From a virus (taxonomy: Duplodnaviria > Caudoviricetes), in the IMG/VR virus record IMGVR_UViG_3300020045_009164, positions 1 through 64,000 of that record: DNA of 64,000 nucleotides, one strand, 5' to 3'. Made by a program: the position numbers and the translations under genes. The notes beneath the pieces are model-generated. The model saw nothing but the letters and a program-made list of their open reading frames with translations, had not been told where the DNA came from and searched no databases. Below, in pieces: positions 17,089 to 25,587 of this stretch; the stretch's first letter is position 1; each line of letters starts with the position of its first letter.

Positions 17089-17516
17089 TCCACACACTTG
17101 ATAGCAGAGACCTACAGAAAGAACTGGAACAACTAGAAGATGATCTCGAATCAATAACTGCTGAGTGGCAGGATCTCGTTGATGAACTGGCTGAAATGAG
17201 AGAGGATGAGGAAGTATCTCTCGGAGAAGAGAGGGAAATGGAAGAGAAAATAAAAGCCAAGGAGGAGGAAATCGAGGATTGGAAGGGAGACAATCAGGAG
17301 AGGTTGGACGATCTAAAGCAACTGTTCACCTCAATCGACGACGACTGTACTTTGGTCAGAGAGGACAGCTTTGAGGAATACGTACAGGAGTTGACTGAAG
17401 ATATAGCAGGAGATATACCAAGCTGGTTGGTGATTGACTGGGAGGCTACAGCTAGAGACGTACAGATGGATTATACAGCTGTGGAATTTGACGGTGAAAC
17501 TTGGTTGGTGAGGTGA
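17085..17516 (+). CDS. acidic protein, possibly ArdA-like antirestriction (DNA mimic)
   Basis: Very D/E-rich; C-terminal IDWEATARDVQMDYTAVEFDG resembles ArdA-like C-termini. Confidence 0.5.
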   Translation: MIHTLDSRDLQKELEQLEDDLESITAEWQDLVDELAEMREDEEVSLGEEREMEEKIKAKEEEIEDWKGDNQERLDDLKQLFTSIDDDCTLVREDSFEEYVQELTEDIAGDIPSWLVIDWEATARDVQMDYTAVEFDGETWLVR

Positions 17517-17520
17517 TGGT

Positions 17521-17868
17521 ATGAACTTATTAAAAGAAACACTGGAAGAATTGGAACGCAACAAAAAGACCATAGACGATGTGGTTTGGATTGGAACCAG
17601 AAACATAGAAATATCTAAAGAAAATTTTCTGGTCTTGGCTGATACAGACTACGACAACGGCTACGGAGGTCAAGAGGTTGCTATTAACTTGATTATTGTC
17701 GGAGAGGGGTGGTGGATGGAGCGGGCTGAGTACGATGGTTCAGAGTGGTGGGCGTTTAAAATCAGTCCAGAAAGGCCACCTAAGAAGGTTAGTGTTAAGG
17801 CACTGACTGTTCACCAAAGTGAAGAGGGTAGCTGGTCCAGCCTGGAGGATTTGAATAATGTAATCTGA
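17521..17868 (+). CDS. conserved phage hypothetical protein (YDNGYGGQEV...RAEYDGSEWW)
   Basis: Recognisable phage motif. Confidence 0.85.
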   Translation: MNLLKETLEELERNKKTIDDVVWIGTRNIEISKENFLVLADTDYDNGYGGQEVAINLIIVGEGWWMERAEYDGSEWWAFKISPERPPKKVSVKALTVHQSEEGSWSSLEDLNNVI

Positions 17869-17871
17869 AAC

Positions 17872-17907
17872 AAAAACTGGCCTCCAGAAACAAGCTCTGG
17901 AGGCCAG
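17872..17907. terminator. 12 bp GC-rich hairpin; U tract on the minus strand
   Basis: AAAAA-CTGGCCTCCAGA-aacaagc-TCTGGAGGCCAG. Confidence 0.65.
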
Positions 17908-17976
17908 CGGCCTAGGGAGGAGGCGTGAAGGAGACTCTTAAATAGTACCATAGTTGTATTTTAATACAATTAAATA

Positions 17977-18005
17977 TTTACGTCTAAAGTTTATGGTGGT
18001 ATTAT
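17977..18005 (+). promoter_or_regulatory. sigma70-type promoter overlapped by a 10 bp inverted repeat
   Basis: TTTACG-17-TATTAT with TGn; AAGTTTATGG/CCATAAACTT flank the -10 box; palindrome TTGTATT/AATACAA upstream. Confidence 0.6.
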
Positions 18006-18037
18006 TTTTCCATAAACTTTTATAAAGGGTGGAGACA

Positions 18038-18304
18038 ATGGACACAGAAGAAGAGAAAAAGAAATTGGCCAGAACATCAATGCTGCTCATGAAGGGAATG
18101 TTATCAGAGCAGACTCCAGCTGTACAAGCGGCTGTAAAGCTATGTAAAGAACAGCTAGGCAAAGTATGTGATGTTTACGACAACATAGGTGGGCCTGTCA
18201 TAGCCTCAGTAGCTATGGCCCTGCTGACGTTGGAAAGGAGCCTAGGGATTAAAGATACTAAGCCTGTGGTTAAGGATGAACAACCTAATGTAGTAAAACA
18301 TTAA
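18038..18304 (+). CDS. hypothetical protein
   Basis: GGAG RBS downstream of the promoter. Confidence 0.75.
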   Translation: MDTEEEKKKLARTSMLLMKGMLSEQTPAVQAAVKLCKEQLGKVCDVYDNIGGPVIASVAMALLTLERSLGIKDTKPVVKDEQPNVVKH

Positions 18305-18316
18305 AACGGAGACAAC

Positions 18317-19138
18317 ATGAAGAAGATTATGGCTATGGTAGTTGTTGGTTTGTTGGTGTCGTCAGTGTGTGCTGCTGATGGAATTTCTACTGGAAAATCA
18401 ACTGGGACTTACTACAAAGTAGGTCACAATATTGCAGCTGGTCTGGGCATGAGTAAGGACAAAGTACTGGAGTCCAAAGGCTCAGTTGAGAATCTGGACA
18501 GGTTGGTTAAAGGAGAGGCTGATATTGCTATGGTACAGATGGACGCCCTAGCCTTTTACATGACCCAGAATCCTGGAGCTGCTCAAGTTGTGGAGGTGGT
18601 CGGCCCACTCTATGAGGAGTGTGTCTACGTGGCTGTCAACAAAGAAGGTAAGGTCAAATCTGAAGATGACCTCCAGAAGAAAGGAGCGGTAATTGCTATA
18701 GGTGAAGAGGGTACTGGCTCTGTAGTGACCTGGGATTACATGAGACAACTGGAGCCTGGGTACAAAGAATCTGCTGTGTCTTTTACCAGCGGTAACAGAG
18801 CACTAGGTAAACTTGCCTCTTCACCAGACTCCGGACTAGATGCTGTGATGTGGGTGGCTAGACCTGATGCTAAGAACGACCTCCTTCAAACTGTCATGAA
18901 GAACAAGAGCTTGAAGATGATCAACATTAACGACAGTAATCTTAATAATGTCTACAAGCCAACCGGAAAGCCGGTGTATCGTTTTGATAATTTTAAGGTT
19001 GAGTCAGGTTTCTTCGCTGACAAAGTAAAGACTATTTATGTTGACGCCGTGGTTGTAGCAAGATCAGAGGCTGACCCAAAGCTGTTGGAGAAGCTCTCTA
19101 ACTTGGTCTTAAACTATAAGGAGACATTACTCAAGTGA
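18317..19138 (+). CDS. TAXI-family TRAP transporter solute-binding protein
   Basis: Signal peptide; TGKSTGTYY, SKGSVENL, ADIAMVQMD, LYEE, IGEEGTGS motifs. Confidence 0.85.
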   Translation: MKKIMAMVVVGLLVSSVCAADGISTGKSTGTYYKVGHNIAAGLGMSKDKVLESKGSVENLDRLVKGEADIAMVQMDALAFYMTQNPGAAQVVEVVGPLYEECVYVAVNKEGKVKSEDDLQKKGAVIAIGEEGTGSVVTWDYMRQLEPGYKESAVSFTSGNRALGKLASSPDSGLDAVMWVARPDAKNDLLQTVMKNKSLKMININDSNLNNVYKPTGKPVYRFDNFKVESGFFADKVKTIYVDAVVVARSEADPKLLEKLSNLVLNYKETLLK

Positions 19139-19227
19139 TCATAGACACTATCCTATTTATGGCTGGTATTTTCTTGGGTTGGACGGTCAGAAAGTGGAGA
19201 AATAAGATCCTCTTCTGGAAGAATTAA
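19135..19227 (+). CDS. 30 aa single-TM peptide coupled to the TAXI gene
   Basis: The GTG start overlaps the TAXI stop; MIIDTILFMAGIFLGWTVRKWRNKILFWKN. Confidence 0.55.
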   Translation: MIIDTILFMAGIFLGWTVRKWRNKILFWKN

Positions 19228-19235
19228 TATTAAGG

Positions 19236-19259
19236 AGGCTCCTATTAATTTAGGAGCCT
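19236..19259. terminator. hairpin between the TAXI unit and thymidylate synthase
   Basis: AGGCTCCTA-ttaatt-TAGGAGCCT; no strong U tract. Confidence 0.45.
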
Positions 19260-19278
19260 TAGGAGTAAGGATACAGCG

Positions 19279-20004
19279 ATGATAAACCTTGAGACAAATT
19301 TTGTAAAAGCTCCAACCATAGACTCTTTATGGCGGGAAGCAATGTCCCTATGTGTTCAGAAAGGAGAAGACTTCCTGGTAAAGGGTGGAAGTTATGTAGG
19401 CCAGATCAGGAAGCAACTCCCATATTTCACAGGATTCATAACAGACCCAGGAACATATCCTTACGCTCCGATAACTCCCCCAGGAATACCACCGCCCACT
19501 TCTGAGGAGAAGATTGAGAAATATTTTCAGAGGTATATTGTAGGGAGAGAGAAGGAGCCAAACGAAGTTTACACATACGGGGAGTTTATACTCCAGCAAG
19601 TTGACCAGATAATTGTTCTGTTGAACGACTCCAAAGGTAACACTAATCAGGCAACTATTTGTATTGGTGATGTGTCAACTACCTTCCTGTCCGACCCACC
19701 TTGTCTCAGATCTATTTCATTCAAGGTAGTAAAAGGTAAGCTCCAGATGTGTGTCTACTTCCGGTCTTGGGATCTCTACGCTGGCCTGCCTGAGAACCTT
19801 GGAGGGCTTCAGATGTTGAAGGAGTATGTGTGGTCACATATGGAATTCAATGTTGATGATGGACCTATTATAGCCTTCAGTGACGGTCTCCACTTGTATG
19901 AGCAGTACTTCAGTATTGTTGACTGTTTGAATGTAGACAAGATAAAGGTGAGTGAAGAGGCATTAGGTGATAAGGAGGAGTTCGTAGGAGTTCACGGGGT
20001 GTGA
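19279..20004 (+). CDS. thyA: thymidylate synthase (short, archaeal/deltaproteobacterial-like form)
   Basis: YTYG, PPCL (catalytic Cys), FRSWD, PEN and LHLY motifs. Confidence 0.8.
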   Translation: MINLETNFVKAPTIDSLWREAMSLCVQKGEDFLVKGGSYVGQIRKQLPYFTGFITDPGTYPYAPITPPGIPPPTSEEKIEKYFQRYIVGREKEPNEVYTYGEFILQQVDQIIVLLNDSKGNTNQATICIGDVSTTFLSDPPCLRSISFKVVKGKLQMCVYFRSWDLYAGLPENLGGLQMLKEYVWSHMEFNVDDGPIIAFSDGLHLYEQYFSIVDCLNVDKIKVSEEALGDKEEFVGVHGV

Positions 20005-20195
20005 GTATGAGAACAGATGAGATAATTCATGAGAGGGTGGGGGGGGATCTGTTAGGTAAGGAAGTGAGATTCATTCTACCAAGTACCAGAAAGAAGAAAG
20101 GCTACATAAGAGCTGTTGCAAAAAAAGAAGCACTCATAACAGGTAGAGATGATGTTGATAGATGGATAGCCTGGGAGTACGTCTTCTATGTCTAA
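20001..20195 (+). CDS. hypothetical protein
   Basis: Overlapping tandem ORF. Confidence 0.65.
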   Translation: MSMRTDEIIHERVGGDLLGKEVRFILPSTRKKKGYIRAVAKKEALITGRDDVDRWIAWEYVFYV

Positions 20196-20679
20196 ATCCT
20201 ACCGCCAGACCATGACCATGATGGGAGTCATAGCTGGTTGTTTCAAGCAGCTTGACTCCCATAAGTACTTCTCAAGATTGGACATGAGAAGGATGTGCTC
20301 AAAGATATACATGGACACGTATAAGGTTTTAGAGGAATGGCCGGAAGAACATAACGATGACTTCAAAGAAAGAATGAAATCAATCCTACTCCTAAGGGAG
20401 TGGGGAGCTTATCTAGATAAAAATGAGGAAAGGATTAAGGTCCAGACTTTAGTCTTTATAGCCGGAAGACTAAAGGAAGATTTGAGAATAACTTTTAAAC
20501 AGGAGAAGAAGAGAAGGCTCCTTGAGTATCTTGACGAGCCGCTAGAGACACTTCAAAATTTTGTAGACCCGGCTGGTTGGCATCATGAAGCTTGTGATGA
20601 AGGCAATGAAATGCTGGACTTTCTGTATAATTTAATTAACTGGGACTGGACAAAATGCGCGAAAACGAAAGTGAAGTGA
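20188..20679 (+). CDS. hypothetical protein
   Basis: Tandem ORF, 163 aa. Confidence 0.8.
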   Translation: MSKSYRQTMTMMGVIAGCFKQLDSHKYFSRLDMRRMCSKIYMDTYKVLEEWPEEHNDDFKERMKSILLLREWGAYLDKNEERIKVQTLVFIAGRLKEDLRITFKQEKKRRLLEYLDEPLETLQNFVDPAGWHHEACDEGNEMLDFLYNLINWDWTKCAKTKVK

Positions 20680-20823
20680 CGGTGACTGTGGCGAAGGAAG
20701 TATTTGACACCTGGACAAGGGGTAAGTTCTACAAGGATATAGATGGGGATTATCTTTGTATTCTTTGTGGTGGAGTGGACGGGTATCACTTTGATTTTTG
20801 CGCTCATAAAATAGCTAAAGCTC

Positions 20824-21267
20824 ATGTTTGCTAATCTAGTAGAGAAGATTGGTGAGATGGAGAAGGAGGCCCTCTCGGTGGAGAGGGCCAGGAGGGAGAA
20901 ACGTCTGGTGAGTTCTCTGAATAGATCAGAGAGTATCAGGGTACACAGAGTTTCTTATACCAGTAGGGTTATAATCGAGAAGGAGATAGAAAGACACAAG
21001 CTACTAGCCAAACAGCCATTAACATACTGGGTTGGTAAAGTAAATGCCCTGCCGGTGAGATTTCAGCAGAAGGTACTTCACATAGTTTATTGGGACTATG
21101 GTGGGAGAGAGTTGGATAAATTATTGAAACATAGAGTGGAGGATGTAGACCAGAATGAGCTAGCAGTGGTGTTGTACTCTCTTGGCTACTCTGCTACCAA
21201 GGCATTGTTCAGGGCCAAGTACATCGAAGACGGAGGCACAATTCTAGAGGATCTTTTAGCTGCTTGA
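20824..21267 (+). CDS. hypothetical protein
   Basis: Tandem ORF. Confidence 0.75.
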   Translation: MFANLVEKIGEMEKEALSVERARREKRLVSSLNRSESIRVHRVSYTSRVIIEKEIERHKLLAKQPLTYWVGKVNALPVRFQQKVLHIVYWDYGGRELDKLLKHRVEDVDQNELAVVLYSLGYSATKALFRAKYIEDGGTILEDLLAA

Positions 21268-21623
21268 TGGGAGGAGGATGTGTTTGATCTATTAGAAGAA
21301 AAATATAATAAGCCAGAGTGTAAGGGACAGATCTATCGATGCAATGTAAATATGTTTCTCAATAGTTCAGGTAACTACGTAGAGAAGGTGACTATGCGCC
21401 ACCTAAGAACAAAGTCTTGCCGGGGCTGTGAGTGCTGTGGCTATTTGGAGGACGATCTCAGGGAGTTCATTGCTATAGGAGAGGGTGCTAGTATCAGGCC
21501 AGCCATAAAACATGGTGAGTTGTATAGGTTACAGATAGTTGATGTTGGAGTTGATTGGGAGACAGGAGCTGCTGATGAGTGGCACATTGCTTTTGTTCTT
21601 TTAGCTGCTTGATGGGAGGAGGA
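21253..21623 (+). repeat. 26 bp exact direct repeat flanking one gene
   Basis: CTTTTAGCTGCTTGATGGGAGGAGGA at 21253-21278 and 21598-21623. Confidence 0.95.
21280..21612 (+). CDS. conserved phage hypothetical protein (KSCRGCECC)
   Basis: Strong RBS; Cys motif. Confidence 0.85.
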   Translation: MFDLLEEKYNKPECKGQIYRCNVNMFLNSSGNYVEKVTMRHLRTKSCRGCECCGYLEDDLREFIAIGEGASIRPAIKHGELYRLQIVDVGVDWETGAADEWHIAFVLLAA

Positions 21624-21624
21624 G

Positions 21625-21876
21625 ATGATCTGTACCATACCTGTGAAAATTGACGACAACATGTTACTGGTGGTGACGGAGTTTGAACACGTACCAGAAC
21701 AGAAACAGACTTTTAATTTTGAATACCTGCCTGAGTATTTTGAGGCGGTTGACGGCTATCTGGTTGACATAAATAATAACGAGCTGCCGAGAAGATTGTT
21801 TTGGGACTGCCTGGAGGAAAATGAGATGAAGATAGTGAGACTAATTAAGGAATGGTTTTTTAAGGGAGATTACTAA
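21625..21876 (+). CDS. hypothetical protein
   Basis: Strong RBS. Confidence 0.8.
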   Translation: MICTIPVKIDDNMLLVVTEFEHVPEQKQTFNFEYLPEYFEAVDGYLVDINNNELPRRLFWDCLEENEMKIVRLIKEWFFKGDY

Positions 21877-22358
21877 TGATTAACTACGCACCCCACCCTC
21901 AGGAGTTTTACTGCCTCAATTTACCATTCAAGAACAAGATGATGAAGGAGCTGATCCTAGGAATTGGGGACTTAAAACATGTTAATGACCCAGCCCTTTG
22001 GAATCTCTTAGTTATTACCTCAAAGCTTCCATATATGTGGGAATCTAGCAGCGTGAAAAAGGGAGACAGGCCAGCTCAATTCGCTACCCTTGAAGCGGCG
22101 AAGAAGGATATCACCAACTACATAGGAAATAATCTGATTGGGAACATGGTCAGGAATTTAAATCCTCTGGAGTTTCTGGAGGAAGTTAAGAAGAACATCC
22201 TCAGCCATTTGGAGCTTTGTAAGTTCTTCAATGGGGACGAAGGCGGTTTGAAGTTGATAATAGAAGCCAGGGCCAAGACATGGGCTGCTGCCAATGGCTA
22301 TAAGCTAACCAAGCGTGACCAGACTATCATTGGTATGATCAAGGGAGTTGAGATATGA
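21876..22358 (+). CDS. hypothetical protein
   Basis: TAATG coupling. Confidence 0.8.
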   Translation: MINYAPHPQEFYCLNLPFKNKMMKELILGIGDLKHVNDPALWNLLVITSKLPYMWESSSVKKGDRPAQFATLEAAKKDITNYIGNNLIGNMVRNLNPLEFLEEVKKNILSHLELCKFFNGDEGGLKLIIEARAKTWAAANGYKLTKRDQTIIGMIKGVEI

Positions 22359-22672
22359 TACAGGTTGTGGGAACCATAGAAGGATTTAAATACAAAGAAG
22401 AAAGACACCACATCATATCAAGATTCCCCTTGCCTACCAAGTCTGTTCCAGAGCAAGTCAAGATCAACCCCAACTTCATAGACTATACAGGCTTCGAGGT
22501 TGGGTCGTTGAAGGTCTTAGGGATGTCAAGAAGTGTCAAGAAGAGGTGGGTGGTCAGATGTATCTGTGGAAACTACGAGCTTCGTAAGTCCATGGCTTTG
22601 AAGTTTGGTGGTGAGAGGTCGAGATGTTCTGTTTGTGATAAGAGATTAACTGGAGGCTACGGAGATGACTGA
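22355..22672 (+). CDS. small protein with a zinc-ribbon unit like those N-terminal to HNH endonucleases
   Basis: TGFEVGSLKVLG...WVVRCICGNYE resembles GNRYGKLVVV...WRCECDCG in 27934-28809; no HNH core. Confidence 0.65.
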   Translation: MIQVVGTIEGFKYKEERHHIISRFPLPTKSVPEQVKINPNFIDYTGFEVGSLKVLGMSRSVKKRWVVRCICGNYELRKSMALKFGGERSRCSVCDKRLTGGYGDD

Positions 22673-22862
22673 GGCAGAAATAGTGAGGAAGGTTTGTGTC
22701 AAGGCATACAATATGGATTTTGACGAGTTCAAGCAACTGCTTTTTCCTGATGATGATAAGAATTATGCCTGGGAAAAGTGGCAGTTGATGCAGAAGGATT
22801 TCTCTAGATTTTTCTGTAGGCTTGACTCGGAGAAGGCAGAGAAATTTTGTAAGGAGGTTTGA
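22665..22862 (+). CDS. hypothetical protein
   Basis: Tandem ORF. Confidence 0.75.
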   Translation: MTEAEIVRKVCVKAYNMDFDEFKQLLFPDDDKNYAWEKWQLMQKDFSRFFCRLDSEKAEKFCKEV

Positions 22863-22863
22863 T

Positions 22864-23154
22864 ATGACTATGCTAGTGTTAGGGATAATCATAGGTGTGG
22901 GTTCAGCAGGTTACATTTTATCTTTCTACAAAGACCCAATCATGGCTGTGCTAATAGGCTTGACTATATGTGCTTCAGTTACTGCCACCTATGTACAGGG
23001 GGAACAGTATAAAAAGCTCCAGGTACAATTCAAAGTCCAATCAGAACTACTGGACAAAGCCAACGACAGTAACTTCAAGCTGCTGAGTAAGTTGACTGAC
23101 AAAACTGTCCAGGAGTTGTGGGATATGGCTGACAAGATGGAGGTAGAAGAATGA
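22864..23154 (+). CDS. membrane protein (2 TM plus coiled tail)
   Basis: AGGAGG RBS; hydrophobic N-terminus. Confidence 0.8.
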   Translation: MTMLVLGIIIGVGSAGYILSFYKDPIMAVLIGLTICASVTATYVQGEQYKKLQVQFKVQSELLDKANDSNFKLLSKLTDKTVQELWDMADKMEVEE

Positions 23155-23390
23155 TCTGGCTTGTTATTCAGCTGGTGTGCAGTGCTGCTATAGGGTATCT
23201 GGTGGCGGGTAGAACAAGTGACATTTTGTTAGGTGCCATGATCGCTGTTGCCATGGCTATCCCAATATACTTTTCATACAGAAAGGATGGGTTTATAGAG
23301 TTCTGGAAGGAAAGATCAGAGTACTGGAAGGAGTCGGCGGATCGTTGGAAGTCTGCTTACTACATAGGAGTAAAGAGGTATGAGGATTAA
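23151..23390 (+). CDS. membrane protein (2 TM)
   Basis: Hydrophobic N-terminal half. Confidence 0.75.
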   Translation: MIWLVIQLVCSAAIGYLVAGRTSDILLGAMIAVAMAIPIYFSYRKDGFIEFWKERSEYWKESADRWKSAYYIGVKRYED

Positions 23391-24864
23391 GACACCCGTG
23401 GAAATTATTTTAGAAAAAATAAATTTACCATTCAAAGGGAAGTTGCATGACTACCAAGTAGCTGACATCAACAGAGCTTGTTCAGAACCAAACTTTGGGT
23501 GGTGGCTAGATCTTGGTTTGGGAAAATCAGTTTGTTCAGCAATTACAGGAGCTTACAAGCTTCTCATAGAGAATTACTACTCCTGTTATGTTCTCACGCC
23601 TGCGGCGTTGGTGAATCAATGGTATGAAGTTCTAACCAAGATGGGGTTGAAGGCAACTATCTATGGAGGTCCACCTAAAACCAGAGCCAAGATAGATAGA
23701 GATGTGGATGCTCTTATCATGTCATTCCAGATCTTTCAGAAGGACTATGAAATCTTGAAACGAGATGATGTATATTGGATTGTGGATGAGGGCACCATAC
23801 TCTGCAATCCAAATAACTTACTTTACAAAATGATAAATGGAGGGGTAGTTGAGAAGGTTAAGAAGGTTCCTGGAAAACTCATGCCGGAAACAACGAAAAC
23901 AGTTTATCCAAAACTCAACAAAGGAATATCAATCCTTACCGCCACTCCAATTAACAAACCTGCCGATGCCTACGGCTTGATCAAAACAATTTCCCCAGGT
24001 ATATATGAAAACTATTCACAATTCTATAGGCTTCACGTAAAATCTGAGGACCATTTTGATGCACCAAGTGAGTATAAAAACCTTGACCTTCTAAATGACA
24101 ACCTATTGTTCAGAGCAACCAGGAGATTGACCACGGATCATTTAGATCTCCCACCATTAATATTCAAGACTATAGTCTATGACCTAGATCCGAAACACCA
24201 AGCTCTCTACGACAAACTCATAGATGAAAGGTACATAGAGATGGAGGGTGTTGAATCAATTGACGCGTTAGGCGCCGGAGCCTTGTATAACTGGAGCCAG
24301 AAGATAGTCCTGAACCCAGAACACATGGGATATGAAAAAGACCCCGTAGGAGTGGAGATCCTAGACGGGCTGGTACATGCTGTAAAGAAGTACCTGATCT
24401 TTGCCAACTACAGAATGACAAATACCAAGATCATGAACAGATATAAGATAGGAGGAATCTATGGTGACATAACAGCGAAACAACAACAAGAGTATATCAA
24501 GATGTTCAAGGGAGGTCAGTTACATGGGGTCACTGCCAACCCGAAATCTGGAGGAGTTGGACTAGACTTACCGATGTGTCAGCAAGTCTTCTTCCCAGAG
24601 TTGCCAATTACTCCAAGGGATCTGTTACAGTCAGTGGGGAGATGCCACAGACAAGGCCAGAAAGAGACTGTCTTTGTGACTCTGACAGTAGCTCGTAAGA
24701 CTATCCAGGAGTCGCTGTTCAAAAGGATTATCGAGAAGGATGATCTTATGAGAGCAGTAGTTAGAGCAGCTGGTGCTTTATCTGATGACCTGCTGGCTAA
24801 CATGGTTATGGATGAGCCTAAGACTCGTGAACAGGTGTTTAAGGAGTTGAGGGGAGAGATATGA
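23380..24864 (+). CDS. SF2 (SNF2-like) DNA helicase
   Basis: DLGLGKS (motif I), IVDEG (II), TATP (III), GVGLDL (V), QSVGRCHRQGQ (VI). Confidence 0.9.
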   Translation: MRIKTPVEIILEKINLPFKGKLHDYQVADINRACSEPNFGWWLDLGLGKSVCSAITGAYKLLIENYYSCYVLTPAALVNQWYEVLTKMGLKATIYGGPPKTRAKIDRDVDALIMSFQIFQKDYEILKRDDVYWIVDEGTILCNPNNLLYKMINGGVVEKVKKVPGKLMPETTKTVYPKLNKGISILTATPINKPADAYGLIKTISPGIYENYSQFYRLHVKSEDHFDAPSEYKNLDLLNDNLLFRATRRLTTDHLDLPPLIFKTIVYDLDPKHQALYDKLIDERYIEMEGVESIDALGAGALYNWSQKIVLNPEHMGYEKDPVGVEILDGLVHAVKKYLIFANYRMTNTKIMNRYKIGGIYGDITAKQQQEYIKMFKGGQLHGVTANPKSGGVGLDLPMCQQVFFPELPITPRDLLQSVGRCHRQGQKETVFVTLTVARKTIQESLFKRIIEKDDLMRAVVRAAGALSDDLLANMVMDEPKTREQVFKELRGEI

Positions 24865-24916
24865 AAGTAGAAATCACTCCGCACTCGATGAATACAGAAA
24901 CGACTAAGAGGTTAAT

Positions 24917-25219
24917 ATGCCCTTTAATAATACAGACTATCAATATTGTCCATGCCATAACTGCTCTGTCCAGGCTGTCCCGGATGGCGAGCCTTATGAT
25001 TGCAGTTGTGACATGGCCGGACCACTCTTGGAGTATTGCAGCGAGCTGTGCCCAAGTGTCGATAAATGTAGGGCAGTTCGGGATGTGAGCACCCACCTTG
25101 AAATGCACAAAAATAAATGTCCCAGGTGTAAAAGCGATACTGGTATAAAATGGCCGCGAGGAGATCAGCCTTACTGTGAGGGTTGCGGATGGCCTCATGA
25201 GGATTTTGAAGCTGAATAA
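24917..25219 (+). CDS. Cys-rich zinc-finger protein
   Basis: Multiple CxxC/CxC motifs. Confidence 0.7.
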   Translation: MPFNNTDYQYCPCHNCSVQAVPDGEPYDCSCDMAGPLLEYCSELCPSVDKCRAVRDVSTHLEMHKNKCPRCKSDTGIKWPRGDQPYCEGCGWPHEDFEAE

Positions 25220-25348
25220 TGTCAGGCACCGAGCCGGTATAATGTGGCCTGAATCAAACTAACCCGGCAATTTCACGATTGCCGGTGGTTTTGTGGCATA
25301 GTTGAAAGTAGTATTGGTTTTTGACCGGTACTGAAAATGGAGCGGAAT

Positions 25349-25480
25349 ATGGGCGAAAAAATAATACTTACAGCGAAAGAAATTGAAGACTTGGCAAAGT
25401 TTGCGGGATTCGAGGCATCACGAAAAGGAATAGGCAACGACAAGGAGGCTGGAGACTCATGGATTGAACTTAACAAGTAA
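25349..25480 (+). CDS. small hypothetical protein (43 aa)
   Basis: MGEKIILTAKEIEDLAKFAGF...; GGAG RBS. Confidence 0.5.
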   Translation: MGEKIILTAKEIEDLAKFAGFEASRKGIGNDKEAGDSWIELNK

Positions 25481-25507
25481 AACTTTAAAAGAGGAAGAAG
25501 ATAAGGA

Positions 25508-25536
25508 TTGACATACTACCACCACTAGGATATAAA
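25508..25536 (+). promoter_or_regulatory. sigma70-type promoter
   Basis: TTGACA-17-TATAAA upstream of 25588. Confidence 0.8.
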
Positions 25537-25587
25537 GATTAATACGCTGTACCAACCAATAACCTAAAACTAGAAAGGACACAAACC

